In this document: positions 39,156 to 49,000 of the stretch, in pieces
Numbering within the stretch: the stretch's first letter is position 1
Layout of the letters: every line of letters begins with the position of its first letter
DNA from: Promethearchaeati archaeon SRVP18_Atabeyarchaeia-1
Lineage (GTDB): Archaea; Asgardarchaeota; Atabeyarchaeia; Atabeyarchaeales; Atabeyarchaeaceae
Assembly (NCBI GenBank): GCA_037308085.1
Contig: CP147779.1
Span: 768,001-832,000, forward strand
Reading direction: 5' to 3'
DNA length: 64,000 nucleotides
Made by a program: the position numbers and the translations under genes
Notes under the pieces: generated by a model
What the model saw: the letters and a program-made list of their open reading frames with translations, nothing else
Databases searched by the model: none
Told to the model about the DNA's origin: nothing

Positions 39156-39962
39156 TTATGCCTCTGCGCGACCAATGAGCCGCTTTAACCTATTCAGCTC
39201 GTCCATCATCTCTCTTCTAAGGTCCGCAACAGTAGGAGTAGACGTCGCGGCTTTAACGGCCGCAGAGAGAGGTTGCTGGACGGGGGCGACAGGAGTCGAA
39301 ATCCTCGGGGCTGCCGGAGCGGTCGCCTCTTCCCCAAATGCCTCCTCCATTCTCTTGGTTGGTATCTCGGGTAACCTGAACGCTGGTTCGGGTGCTCTGG
39401 CGGGCGCCTTGGTGACGGTAGGCGCTGATGGAACTGGCGCGGGTCTAGGCGCGACAGCGACCGACGGTTTGGCCGTGATTGCCCTCTTAGAAAGGTCCTT
39501 GAGTTTGTCCAAATAAGACTGTCTAACCTTTTCTATCTCGCCCTCGAGCTTAGTAATGCCCACCTTGGTTCTCTTCGAGAGTTCAGAGTCGATTTTCCTG
39601 AGTCGCTCACTATAGGTTGCCTTGTGCTTCTCAAAAGTCTCCTTTGTTATTGCCCCTTCCTTGACCGCTGCCTCAAGGGACTTCAACGCACTTTCAGTAG
39701 CAGTCTTCTCCACCTTCAGCCTCACAACATCTTCGTCGACCTTCTCTATTGGAGCTGCAGGTCTCTCAACTTTCACAGGACCTGGAGTCGGAGCAGCTCT
39801 GGAGGGCGCTCTCTTGCGCCTGGAAATCATGAAAAATGCTCCTACACAGACTACGGCTGCAACAACCACGACTATTATGATCAAAAGGGTGTCTGAGATG
39901 AACGGAAGCAGGTCGAGCGGGATCAACACGTACACCTCGAAATTCTGAACTGAACTCTGCAA
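39156..39962 (-). CDS. Membrane-anchored coiled-coil protein with a Pro/Ala-rich linker
   Basis: Single TM, coiled coil, low-complexity linker and terminal amphipathic helix; start uncertain. Confidence 0.7.
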   Translation of the reverse strand: MQSSVQNFEVYVLIPLDLLPFISDTLLIIIVVVVAAVVCVGAFFMISRRKRAPSRAAPTPGPVKVERPAAPIEKVDEDVVRLKVEKTATESALKSLEAAVKEGAITKETFEKHKATYSERLRKIDSELSKRTKVGITKLEGEIEKVRQSYLDKLKDLSKRAITAKPSVAVAPRPAPVPSAPTVTKAPARAPEPAFRLPEIPTKRMEEAFGEEATAPAAPRISTPVAPVQQPLSAAVKAATSTPTVADLRREMMDELNRLKRLIGRAEA

Positions 39963-40088
39963 GGATATCCTTCAGTTTTCCAACTAACATATCAACCTCT
40001 TTGCCCCTAAAAAAGGTTGCGATCTGATTGCGATCTTGCTCAATTCCACTCCAAAAATGAAGTTGACGCCAAGTTGGTTAGAGCAATC

Positions 40089-40245
40089 TGGAGCCCCAGG
40101 TGGGATTTTCGGCTCCCATTCGAGGCAGCATTCGAACCCACGACCACCGCCTTATTGTACCCCGCGTGGGTTTACCAAGGCGGTGCTCTACCAGGCTTTG
40201 CCGACAAATCGGCGGTCAAGCCGGTTCATCTTGAGCTACTGGGGC
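40089..40245 (-). tRNA. tRNA-Thr(GGT) with introns in the D-loop (probably two in tandem), at 37/38 and at 59/60
   Basis: GCCCCAG/CTGGGGC-T-CCA; spliced CCGCC-TTGGTAA-GGCGG and GTGGG-TTCGAAT-CCCAC; BHB TTCG/CGAA. Confidence 0.85.
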
Positions 40246-40518
40246 TCATCGAGTCTTCCCATTGTGGTACAATCTCTGATAAACTTGGCAATAAAAGACT
40301 TTCTCACTCCGACACAGCCGGAAGTTCCTGCAACGTGCGGGCATATCTCAATTGCTGAGTGGCAGATTGTTTCGCGATGCTGAGCAACATATAAAAGCAA
40401 TCGCGTGCATCGCAGACAAGAAGGTGTGCAGTCGTCGCTCTAAGGTTCAGGTGACCAGCGGAGATTACTTCTCCAGTCTTGTTGTGATTTGAGGGCGAGA
40501 TACTCAGGGGTTCTACTC

Positions 40519-41970
40519 ATGAAATACAAATGGGTTGTCCTCTCAAATACGACCCTGGGCGTACTCATGTCTTCAATCGACGGCAACATCGTACTGATCG
40601 CGTTACCAACGATTGCTGTGGAGCTTCCTGGAACGGATCTCTTTGTGCTCCTGTGGATCCTACTTGGCTACCAACTTGTGACAGCAGCCGTGCTCGTGAA
40701 TTTTGGGAGACTCGCTGACATGTTTGGAAGGGTCAAGTTGTACAATTTCGGATTCGCCCTGTTTACGGCGGGTTCGGCGCTTTGTGGATTCTCGCAGAGT
40801 GGACTTCAGCTGATACTTTTCAGAATAGTCCAGGCACTTGGTGGCGCCTTTCTCTTCGCGAACAGTGCCGCCATAATCACCGACGCTTTTCCTGAGAATG
40901 AGCGAGGAAAAGCACTGGGAATGAACCAAGTTGCCTTCGTCGCGGGATCGGTGGTAGGTCTTGTACTTGGAGGATTCCTAACCACTGGATTTGGGTGGAG
41001 ATCGATATTTCTGGTCAACATTCCCATTGGGGTTTTCGCCACAATCTGGTCCCACTATCGACTCCATGAACTAGCCACAATAAAGGATCGCCAGAGACTG
41101 GATATTGCGGGAAATGTGACGCTGGCGGCTGGTCTGGCAATTCTTCTTGTCACGATCACCCTAGGGGCGCTTGCAGTAATCAACCCGCCACAGTTCTATT
41201 TTCTCACATCGGTCGGGATCTTGATCATTACGGCATTCGTCTTGATTGAAAGAAGAGTCGAGGACCCAATGCTAGATCTCAGTCTTTTCAGGAATCGCCT
41301 TTTTACGGCTGGAAACATAGCTATCTTCCTAAATGCTCTTGCTCGAGGGGCTGTCTCTCTCGTTCTAATCTTCTACCTGCAGGGTCCGACTATGGGCCTT
41401 GATCCTCTGACAGCAGGCATATATCTTGTACCCGTTTCCGCTTTCCTGGCGCTCTTCGGACCGATAAGTGGATGGATCTCGGACAGACATGGAGCTAGAG
41501 TGCTGTCAACAGTTGGTCTCCTGATCTCCTCCATCGGGTTCTTGCTACTCACCCAGATTGGACCAACTATTACTTTTGGAGGGCTCTTCATTCCTCTGGC
41601 TCTTGTTGGAACTGGAATGGGGATATTCGCGTCGCCGAACAGGGCTTCGATTATGAACTCTGTTTCACCTGCGGCTAGAGGTCTGGCGTCCGGGACAAGT
41701 GCAACCTTGATCAACGTCGGGGCAACATTCAGTCTGGGCATATCATTCGCAGTCATGGCTTTTAGCACGCCAATCAGCGACCTTTCAGAGATATTTCTAG
41801 GAGCAAAGGGTCTGGGCAGCGCTCCTTGGATTGGCGATTTCATTGTATCGATTCATTCGGTGTACCTGCTTTCGACGATTTTCCTAATGGTCGCAATCAT
41901 ACCCTCTCTGATGCGGGGACCGCCGGTGATTAAGAATAATTCAAAAGCTCTCCTAGCATCGGAGCACTAA
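40519..41970 (+). CDS. MFS transporter (DHA2/EmrB-QacA-like, 14 TM)
   Basis: GRLADMFGR, ERGKALG, GWRSIFLVNIPIG and GWISDRHG. Confidence 0.93.
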   Translation: MKYKWVVLSNTTLGVLMSSIDGNIVLIALPTIAVELPGTDLFVLLWILLGYQLVTAAVLVNFGRLADMFGRVKLYNFGFALFTAGSALCGFSQSGLQLILFRIVQALGGAFLFANSAAIITDAFPENERGKALGMNQVAFVAGSVVGLVLGGFLTTGFGWRSIFLVNIPIGVFATIWSHYRLHELATIKDRQRLDIAGNVTLAAGLAILLVTITLGALAVINPPQFYFLTSVGILIITAFVLIERRVEDPMLDLSLFRNRLFTAGNIAIFLNALARGAVSLVLIFYLQGPTMGLDPLTAGIYLVPVSAFLALFGPISGWISDRHGARVLSTVGLLISSIGFLLLTQIGPTITFGGLFIPLALVGTGMGIFASPNRASIMNSVSPAARGLASGTSATLINVGATFSLGISFAVMAFSTPISDLSEIFLGAKGLGSAPWIGDFIVSIHSVYLLSTIFLMVAIIPSLMRGPPVIKNNSKALLASEH

Positions 41971-42062
41971 GCAGAGCATCTGGAAATTCGTGCTAAGATC
42001 CATTTTCCGCCATGATAAGTGGACTCGCTTGCACAATGAAAAAACATGCTACCCCATATGAG

Positions 42063-42246
42063 TGCGGGGGGTGGGAATTTCATTCGAGTCTAGTCTGCGC
42101 CCCGAATTTCGAACCCACGAACTCCTTCTCGGAGTGCACAGGATCCATTTTCAACCGAGTGTATTCTGAACCCCTCTTTCGAGAGTGGATCTTAAGTCCA
42201 CCGCCTCTGGACGAGTCGGTCCTTGTCCGGTCTTGGCGACCCCCGC
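42063..42246 (-). tRNA. tRNA-Leu(TAA) with three non-canonical introns (D-loop, variable arm, T-loop)
   Basis: GCGGGGG/CCCCCGC acceptor; uninterrupted GTGGA-CTTAAGA-TCCAC; BHB central helices GGAC/GTCC, CTCG/CGAG and TTCG/TGAA. Confidence 0.88.
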
Positions 42247-42393
42247 ATTTATGATTGAAGTTTCTATCAATAGCCGCCCTCTCTTTAAGCTTGCGTTAAA
42301 CGGGCTTCGACTAACTAAGACCACTAACCTAACCGAAACGAAAATGATTTATAGCGCGCGCCGATTAATGAATGAAATACAGAGTTGTTCTGT

Positions 42394-42565
42394 GCCGAGG
42401 TAGCTCAGCTTGGTTAGAGCGCCGGATCAAGTCAAGGAACAAGGCGAAACTCATAATCAGCTCTAATCGGGGTCAGGTAAGATATCCGGAGATCGCGTGT
42501 TCGAAAGATCGCGCATCCTCATCTTTCCGGGATCGCGCCATCCGAAGATCGCGCCCTCGGCACCA
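42394..42565 (+). tRNA. tRNA-Met(CAT), elongator type, with three introns (42426-42448, 42456-42483, 42506-42548)
   Basis: GCCGAGG/CCTCGGC-A-CCA; spliced CCGGA-CTCATAA-TCCGG; BHB helices CGCC/GGCG, CTCA/TAAG and TTCG/CGAA. Confidence 0.88.
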
Positions 42566-42704
42566 GTTTTCCTCCCGTCGGCGCCAACTGATCCATCTCC
42601 AATCGGCTTAGCACAAAATTTATCGCTTTAACCTCACTTAGTTTCTATCGTGCACATTGCATGACTTCAAAACGGTATACTGAAATCCTGAAGAGAGGAG
42701 CAGA

Positions 42705-43346
42705 ATGTCGTTCTCTTTGTCACAGGAAGAAGGGGAGTTTCTCGTCAAGCTGGCAAGAAAAGCTATGGAAAGCTACGTCAGCGGGAGAATCAGAGTGCAA
42801 GTTCCAACGGACACTCCAGAGAAACTTATGAACCGGAGCGGCGTTTTTGTCACGCTAGAGAAGATTACTGAAGGAGTGTCAGATCGGGAGTTACGAGGCT
42901 GCATCGGGAGACCTTTGCCGGAGGCTCCACTGGTCGAGGCAACAATCGACTCGGCAATAGATTCATGTAGCCAAGACCCAAGATTCCCACCAGTCAGACC
43001 TGCAGAGCTGCAAAGGATTCTTGTAGAGGTCAGCGTCTTAACCCCGCCAGAGCTAATCAGAGTCGATAACCCAATGGAATATCCCCTGAAGATCAAGTGC
43101 GGCGTCCATGGTTTACTGGTCGAGCGCGGATGGAACAGAGGTCTGCTTTTGCCACAAGTTCCCATAGAATGGAAGTGGAGTGAGGAGGAATTCCTCGGGC
43201 AATGCTGCATTAAGGCAGGGCTACCCCTCAATGAGTGGCTCAAGAAGACGATCAGAATCTATAGGTTTGAGGGGATAGTGTTTCAGGAAGTTGAGCCAAA
43301 AGGCAAGATCGTTAGAAGAGATCTCACGTCGGAGAAAAAGGATTAG
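42705..43346 (+). CDS. AMMECR1 domain protein
   Basis: GVFVTL, LRGCIG, DPRFPPV, EVSVLT and GLLLPQV. Confidence 0.93.
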   Translation: MSFSLSQEEGEFLVKLARKAMESYVSGRIRVQVPTDTPEKLMNRSGVFVTLEKITEGVSDRELRGCIGRPLPEAPLVEATIDSAIDSCSQDPRFPPVRPAELQRILVEVSVLTPPELIRVDNPMEYPLKIKCGVHGLLVERGWNRGLLLPQVPIEWKWSEEEFLGQCCIKAGLPLNEWLKKTIRIYRFEGIVFQEVEPKGKIVRRDLTSEKKD

Positions 43347-43412
43347 CAGCCGAGACGTGCTGTTGCTTACCACTAAATGAGATGCCCCGATTATTCTGCG
43401 AGGTGTTTAACC

Positions 43413-44285
43413 ATGCCGGATGAGCTGGAGGCAAATCTGCTAAGGGAGGCGCTACTGCAGTACCTGCGGGAGGACATTGGCTTCGGGGACTTGACAACCG
43501 AATCCATAATTCCATCCAATCTATTCGCCGAAGCAACTATCACATCAAAGTCAGATGGAGTCGTCGCCGGAGTAAGAGAATCGCAGATTCTGTTTCAGAC
43601 AGCCGATGTTAAGGTTGCGGAGTCTCTCGATGATGGGACCGAGGTTCGAAAGGATCAAGTGATAATGAAACTTAAGGGACGCGTAAGATCGATTCTCACA
43701 GTAGAGAGAACCGTCCTCAATATATTGATGAGAATGAGTGGAATCGCTTCGTTGACTCGGAAGCTTATCGACGACGCTCGATCGGTAAATCCGAAGATTA
43801 GAATCGCTTCTACAAGGAAAACTACCCCCGGGTTTAGGTTCTTCGAGAAGCGTGCAGTCGGGATCGGCGGGGGAGATAGCCACCGACTCAGACTAGACGA
43901 TCTCGTGCTGATAAAATCCAATCACATCACGGCTATTGGAGGAGTAGAGGAGGCAATCAGAAAAGCCAAGGCATTCACCAGCTTCACCAAGAAGATCGAG
44001 GTGGAAGCCGTGTCTCTGGACCAGGCAATCACAGCCGCCAAATGCCGCGCAGACATAATCATGCTCGACAATATGACGCCAAATGAAGTCGAGAAAGTGG
44101 TTGTGACACTAAACGCGATGGGGTTGAAAGCTGGGACACTATTAGAAGTCTCAGGCGGAGTAACCCCCGATACACTAAAAACATACGCGAAAACTGGAGT
44201 CGACGTTATTTCAATGGGATTGCTTACACACTCGGCTAAGGCCCTCGACATAAACCTGAAGATATCCAAGACCTGGAAGGAGTGA
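43413..44285 (+). CDS. nadC: Nicotinate-nucleotide pyrophosphorylase (quinolinate PRTase)
   Basis: EDIGFGDLTT, STRKTTPG, HRLRLDD, IEVE, IMLDN and EVSGG. Confidence 0.96.
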   Translation: MPDELEANLLREALLQYLREDIGFGDLTTESIIPSNLFAEATITSKSDGVVAGVRESQILFQTADVKVAESLDDGTEVRKDQVIMKLKGRVRSILTVERTVLNILMRMSGIASLTRKLIDDARSVNPKIRIASTRKTTPGFRFFEKRAVGIGGGDSHRLRLDDLVLIKSNHITAIGGVEEAIRKAKAFTSFTKKIEVEAVSLDQAITAAKCRADIIMLDNMTPNEVEKVVVTLNAMGLKAGTLLEVSGGVTPDTLKTYAKTGVDVISMGLLTHSAKALDINLKISKTWKE

Positions 44286-44354
44286 GCCATCAGCTCCTTG
44301 CAGGGTGTGGGCTTTCTGCTTCGATTTGGTAAAGAGGCATTCTCTGCAGAGCGT

Positions 44355-45497
44355 TCAGGCATCAGGTTCCACTCTAGCGAGAGCGGTCATGACCAGCTCC
44401 CTGATTTTCTCTTGATAGTGCCTGGCAATGGAATCTGGTTCACAAGTGGCATTGAAATCGCTGTCTTCTTTCGATTCCTGGATTGAATAACACTTATCAC
44501 CAATCTTCGAAGACAACGCGCTACCTCCTATTCTTTCAGCCAGGCTTCTGAGATAAATGCTATCAAATCCCACTAGTGGATAGAAAACTGGGAAGTCAGC
44601 AATGCCAACGTATTTCCTAATAAGCTCGATCTGAGAAGCGTCGGAAGGATCCAGTCTTCTAGATGAGACGATGCCATGGGCACTCTGTAGCCTGGCAATT
44701 TCAATCATAATGAGATATTTCAAACACTCCTGGAGGGGTGAATTCTTGTTCGCCTCCAGAATGGCCTTGCCGAGAGGCACCTCAATTACAGGTAGGTCCG
44801 CCCCGACATACGGACGAAGCGAGGATTTAGCGGTACTAATCAATTCGCCGCTCTCTGGATCGAACTGCACAAGGATCGGCATGCAGCCCCTCTTCATCAT
44901 CATCCAAACCGCAAGGATGCTCTCATAATCATCCAACTGAGACACGACTTTTCCTTGGCTTCCAAGAGGAAGACCTCCTACCCCGCGAATTACCGTGGTG
45001 TATATGAAAGTTCGCCCCTCTCTTATTTCAACAAAGAACTCATGATCTGGCGAATCAAGATTCACCTTGATCTTGGCGCCACTCCTCTTTAGGGTCTCAA
45101 TAACGGACGAGCCACATCTTACTGCAACCTCATTTGTAGTGAATCCATGCTTTCCCACTCTGCGAACACGGATAGCGAAGCTGTTCCCGTTCTCCAGTGT
45201 CTCTCCAGCCATGTCGGAGACGATTCTTGATATGGTATCGATCTCCGAAACGCATTCGGTAGCGGGGCTTGCGGAAGCTACGCCGAATACCCTAGAGCTG
45301 GCATTCGCAGCTTTTTCACTTTCATTTGTATGGATTATTAGTCTCTCCCAGGTATCCTCAATTCTATTGAACACTGCTACATTCATCTTGAGCGCAGCCA
45401 ATATGTTGTGTCTCAGTAGCCCCCTGAGTGCGGACCGCGTACGTTTGCTTTTCAAGGCGATCTCGTTGAACCTAACTAACACAACCGGAAGATCCAT
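44355..45497 (-). CDS. THUMP-domain ThiI-like protein with a degenerate PP-loop
   Basis: VRFNEIALKS, THUMP, GVGGLPLGSQGK and MMMKRGC; SGGIDS replaced by DDYES. Confidence 0.8.
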   Translation of the reverse strand: MDLPVVLVRFNEIALKSKRTRSALRGLLRHNILAALKMNVAVFNRIEDTWERLIIHTNESEKAANASSRVFGVASASPATECVSEIDTISRIVSDMAGETLENGNSFAIRVRRVGKHGFTTNEVAVRCGSSVIETLKRSGAKIKVNLDSPDHEFFVEIREGRTFIYTTVIRGVGGLPLGSQGKVVSQLDDYESILAVWMMMKRGCMPILVQFDPESGELISTAKSSLRPYVGADLPVIEVPLGKAILEANKNSPLQECLKYLIMIEIARLQSAHGIVSSRRLDPSDASQIELIRKYVGIADFPVFYPLVGFDSIYLRSLAERIGGSALSSKIGDKCYSIQESKEDSDFNATCEPDSIARHYQEKIRELVMTALARVEPDA

Positions 45498-45619
45498 CAC
45501 AAACCCCCCGTAACACAAAAGCGAAGACTGGGCTTAAAGAGAACGCGCAGACTAGACGACGTACTAGCACTAGTATCCAGGGTATCCCGGTCACTAGGAT
45601 AGGATTCTTTATACACTTC

Positions 45620-46847
45620 GGTTCTGTTACCTCTTCGGTTGGTGAGTTTAAATAAGAGTTTTGGCTTGTAAAGTTTTGTGCAGGCATTTAGGACGGTGCA
45701 AATACCGTACGAGCCTGGAAGCAGAGTTCTTGGTCTCCTTGAAGCTTTCAAGGACATGGTGAACTACTGCATCCACGTCGGTCTCGAGAAGAATGTGAGC
45801 TCCAGGCTCAGACTGCAGAGCGAGGTCTATCACCGGCTAAGCGGTTACGGTTTCCACACCTGGTACACCCTATCCGCCATCGGGACTGCCACCGCCATCC
45901 TGAAGAACTACCGGAAAGCGAGAAGAAAGCGGCAGAATGTTCGAGTGCCGAGAGCCACGAAACTCGTGGCTAAACTGGGAAACCAAGCCTACAAGGTTGT
46001 CGACGGCAAGCTGAGAATTCCGATCAAGCCCAGAGAGTATTTCTACGTCCCCCTATACGAGAGGGTATCGCAGTTCCTGTCGGATGCCGCGCTCAAGTTA
46101 GGCTCAGTGACATTGACTGCTTGCACGGTTTCAGTGGCTTTCTCGAAGACCGCTGAGACTGCCGAACCAGGGAGCTACGTGGCGTATGACACGAATAAGC
46201 GCTCAATAGACGGAGCTTACGTGAGAGAAGATGGAGAACTGGCTGTTGAAAGTCATGACTTATCAAGGGTTTCAGAGGTTGGGCATGGATACTTCGAACG
46301 GGTGCGGAGGGCTCAAGCCAAGTACGCGAGAGACAGGCGGGTAGCGAAGAAGATTCAGAGAAAATGGTTCGCTAACCAGAGCAACAAACTCAACACAATG
46401 CTGCACCAGGCAAGTTCAGCAATAGTTAGGCAAGCGAAGAACCGGGGGCAAGGTATTATCCTCGAAGACCTTAAACATATCCGCAGGGCAACCGACAGGA
46501 AAGCACTAGGCGTCAACAGTTACAACGGGAAAATTCAGATGATCAGCGTGCACTCTAAGAGCCTGAAGCGGAGGCTGAACTCGTGGAGCTTCCGCAAGCT
46601 GCAGGGCTTCATCGGGTACAGGGCTCTCTGGGCGGGAGTCAAAGCCCTCAAAGTGAGTCCCTGGAATGCTGCGGAATAAACCGCCACGTAAATGCCTGCT
46701 TGAACATGCTTAAAATCCAGGATGAAAGCCTGCGGTTCAGGCTGGATCGCTCCGCACATGTAGCCGTGATTAGTCCCCTAAGCAAGGCTATGAGCCAAAG
46801 CGGAGAAGTTAACCAAACTGGTAAACAACCGAAGAGGTAACAGAACC
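45620..46847 (+). mobile_element. TnpB-carrying element bounded by 22-bp perfect terminal inverted repeats
   Basis: GGTTCTGTTACCTCTTCGGTTG (45620-45641) and CAACCGAAGAGGTAACAGAACC (46826-46847). Confidence 0.8.
45678..46760 (+). pseudogene. tnpB: TnpB/Cas12f-like nuclease with the zinc finger deleted and a frameshift
   Basis: RuvC-I VAYDTN, RuvC-II ILEDL and LNSWSF; after VSPWN the Zn finger is missing and RuvC-III (INRHVNACLN) lies in another frame. Confidence 0.8.
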
Positions 46848-46904
46848 AATATGTTTCAGATTGAGGGCGATGGCTTGACGAAGGATGACGAGATGGGGGA
46901 TTGA

Positions 46905-47498
46905 GTTCTAACGTATGAGTTTGAGCTTCGATACGCCGTAGAGGATCTTGAAGTAATTCAGAAGTCACTGAATCGAATGAATGCGGAGTTCAAGGCGAAA
47001 CTCATCCAGAAGGATTGCTACTTTTCCCCGCCGCCCGCCAGAACAATTGGGAGAGGCTCAATCCTTAGAGTTAGAGAAGAGACGTACGAGCGAGAAATAA
47101 AGAGGATAGTACTCTCGTACAAAACCCCAAATATACTTGACAAGGGCGTTGAGACTCGGGAAGAGACCGAGGTGGAAGTTCTAAGCGACATCCAAACGGT
47201 CACAGGACTGGTCGAGCGACTCGGAGCCAAGCCTCTTGTGACAGTCACAAAAGAAAGGACAGAATACACATTAGGGTACGAAGGTGCTAGTTTCAACATC
47301 ACTTTGGATCGAGTTGAAACACTTGGATCCTTCGTAGAGATCGAGATCGTCTCAAGCAGGAAAGACGATGTCAACGAGCTCATCATGTTAGGTGGGCGGC
47401 TAGCAAGAAAAATAGGTATTGATGTCTCAAAGAAGGTAGTTCTGGGCTATCATGAGATGGCGCTGGAAAAAAGTGATAACCCCGCAGCACTGCAGTGA
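46905..47498 (+). CDS. CYTH-domain (class IV adenylate cyclase-like) protein
   Basis: YEFELR, QKDCYF, LRVRE, SYK, KERTEY and LDRVETLGSFVEIE; no canonical start before the first motif. Confidence 0.8.
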   Translation, partial: VLTYEFELRYAVEDLEVIQKSLNRMNAEFKAKLIQKDCYFSPPPARTIGRGSILRVREETYEREIKRIVLSYKTPNILDKGVETREETEVEVLSDIQTVTGLVERLGAKPLVTVTKERTEYTLGYEGASFNITLDRVETLGSFVEIEIVSSRKDDVNELIMLGGRLARKIGIDVSKKVVLGYHEMALEKSDNPAALQ

Positions 47499-47532
47499 AT
47501 AGGCGTGGTCCAGGCGGTGTCTTATCAACCCA

Positions 47533-48312
47533 ATGAAGACCAAGAGTAGTCCTGTTAACGTCGTGTTCCTGGGTACGGCTGGCAGTGGCAAGACAACAAT
47601 GGTTCATCGGCTAGGGAGGTGGCTGAAAGAGAGCCGTGGCTACCAGGTGATACACGTCAACCTAGACCCCGCTTGCCTTGATACCCCCTACCGACCAGAC
47701 TTCGACATACGCTCTATCTTTACCACCGAAGATGTCATGAGAAGAGAGAAACTAGGACCAAATGCGGCAATAGTGAGATGCTCCGACCTGATGGCAGAGC
47801 GAGCAGACGAGATGGCTAGATTCATAGGCGATCTTGAAGGGGATTTTCGCCTGATAGATACCCCAGGGCAGACAGAGATCTTCGTTTTCCGCGAATCTGG
47901 TCCGAAGATCATGAAGGCTCTAACCAACTACGGTTACACCTTGTCCGTCATGCTTTTCGACAAGGCACTTGCGTCCACTCCAATTGACATAGCCACAGCA
48001 CAGCTTATGACTTTGGTTGTGCAACTGAGAATCGCCGTCCCAATGATAACGGCGATAAGCAAAGCAGACTTGTTGCCAGACTCAAGTATTGACTCCTTGC
48101 TCTCGAACCAAGCTCTACTAACGAGAGCCATCGAGGAAGAGGTAAGGGAAGGAGGCGTCTACAAGGATCTATCACTGGAACTGCCTTCCTTGATCAAGAC
48201 CTTCAAGCCGCCGGCCAGGATCATAAAGACTTCGGCTTTAACAGAGACAGGATTTACCGAACTACTAGACATAATCAACGAAACGTACTGCGCATGCGGG
48301 GATCTCACATGA
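47533..48312 (+). CDS. GPN-loop GTPase
   Basis: GTAGSGKT, NLDP, LGPNAA, DTPGQ, SKAD and CACGDLT. Confidence 0.93.
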   Translation: MKTKSSPVNVVFLGTAGSGKTTMVHRLGRWLKESRGYQVIHVNLDPACLDTPYRPDFDIRSIFTTEDVMRREKLGPNAAIVRCSDLMAERADEMARFIGDLEGDFRLIDTPGQTEIFVFRESGPKIMKALTNYGYTLSVMLFDKALASTPIDIATAQLMTLVVQLRIAVPMITAISKADLLPDSSIDSLLSNQALLTRAIEEEVREGGVYKDLSLELPSLIKTFKPPARIIKTSALTETGFTELLDIINETYCACGDLT

Positions 48313-48459
48313 GCATAGCGCTGACGCTGATCAAGATGAATTAGCCTTAACATTTCGGAAGAGGTCGTTACGGTTATCCATAACTCTTATATTACCTTCC
48401 CCCTACTTGAAAGATAATCTTCTGAAGTTCAAGTGTATCTCTTAAGTAGGCGATGAATC

Positions 48460-48738
48460 GTGAGTGCAGTTCCAAAGGGAACCAAAGGAATCTTTGCTGA
48501 ATTCGCCCGAAGTAGGAGGGTCCAACAGAACAACGTCATTTTAATCAGGTTTCCCACGATAGGCGACTTTGGCCAAGCCTCAAGGCTTGTTGGGCGCACG
48601 GTTGCTTGGACCTCTGAGTCAGGACACAAGCTCCGCGGAAAGATATTCACTGCTCATGGCAAGAACGGCGTTGTAAAGGCCAGGTTTAGACATGGATTGC
48701 CAAGCCAAGGCATCGGAACAGAAGTGATCCTTGAGTAA
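48460..48738 (+). CDS. rpl35ae: 50S ribosomal protein L35Ae
   Basis: GKIFTAHGKNGVVKARFRHGLP. Confidence 0.9.
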   Translation: MSAVPKGTKGIFAEFARSRRVQQNNVILIRFPTIGDFGQASRLVGRTVAWTSESGHKLRGKIFTAHGKNGVVKARFRHGLPSQGIGTEVILE

Positions 48739-49000
48739 AGCACTTTCCAACCTACACGTCTAGTTACGTGACGGAAAGGCAGCCTGCTGCTCTTCTATAT
48801 GATTCGGCTTTTTCCCGGTCTAGTGGATTAAGGAGTCAACTACCACCTATTGAAAGAGGTATCAGATAAAGGTGACATTCGCAACAAATCAATAGGTTAA
48901 GCCCTCCCAGCGAAGGTTTGATAGGCATTAAGAAAACTGGGAGAGCCTAACCCAACAAAACAAATAGCATTCAGCCTGTTATTTCTTGGCTTAAGACACG

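Noticed and set aside
46893-46910. Selenocysteine recoding of the in-frame TGA in the CYTH gene
   Set aside because: Not a Cys-equivalent position, and no SECIS-like element was identified
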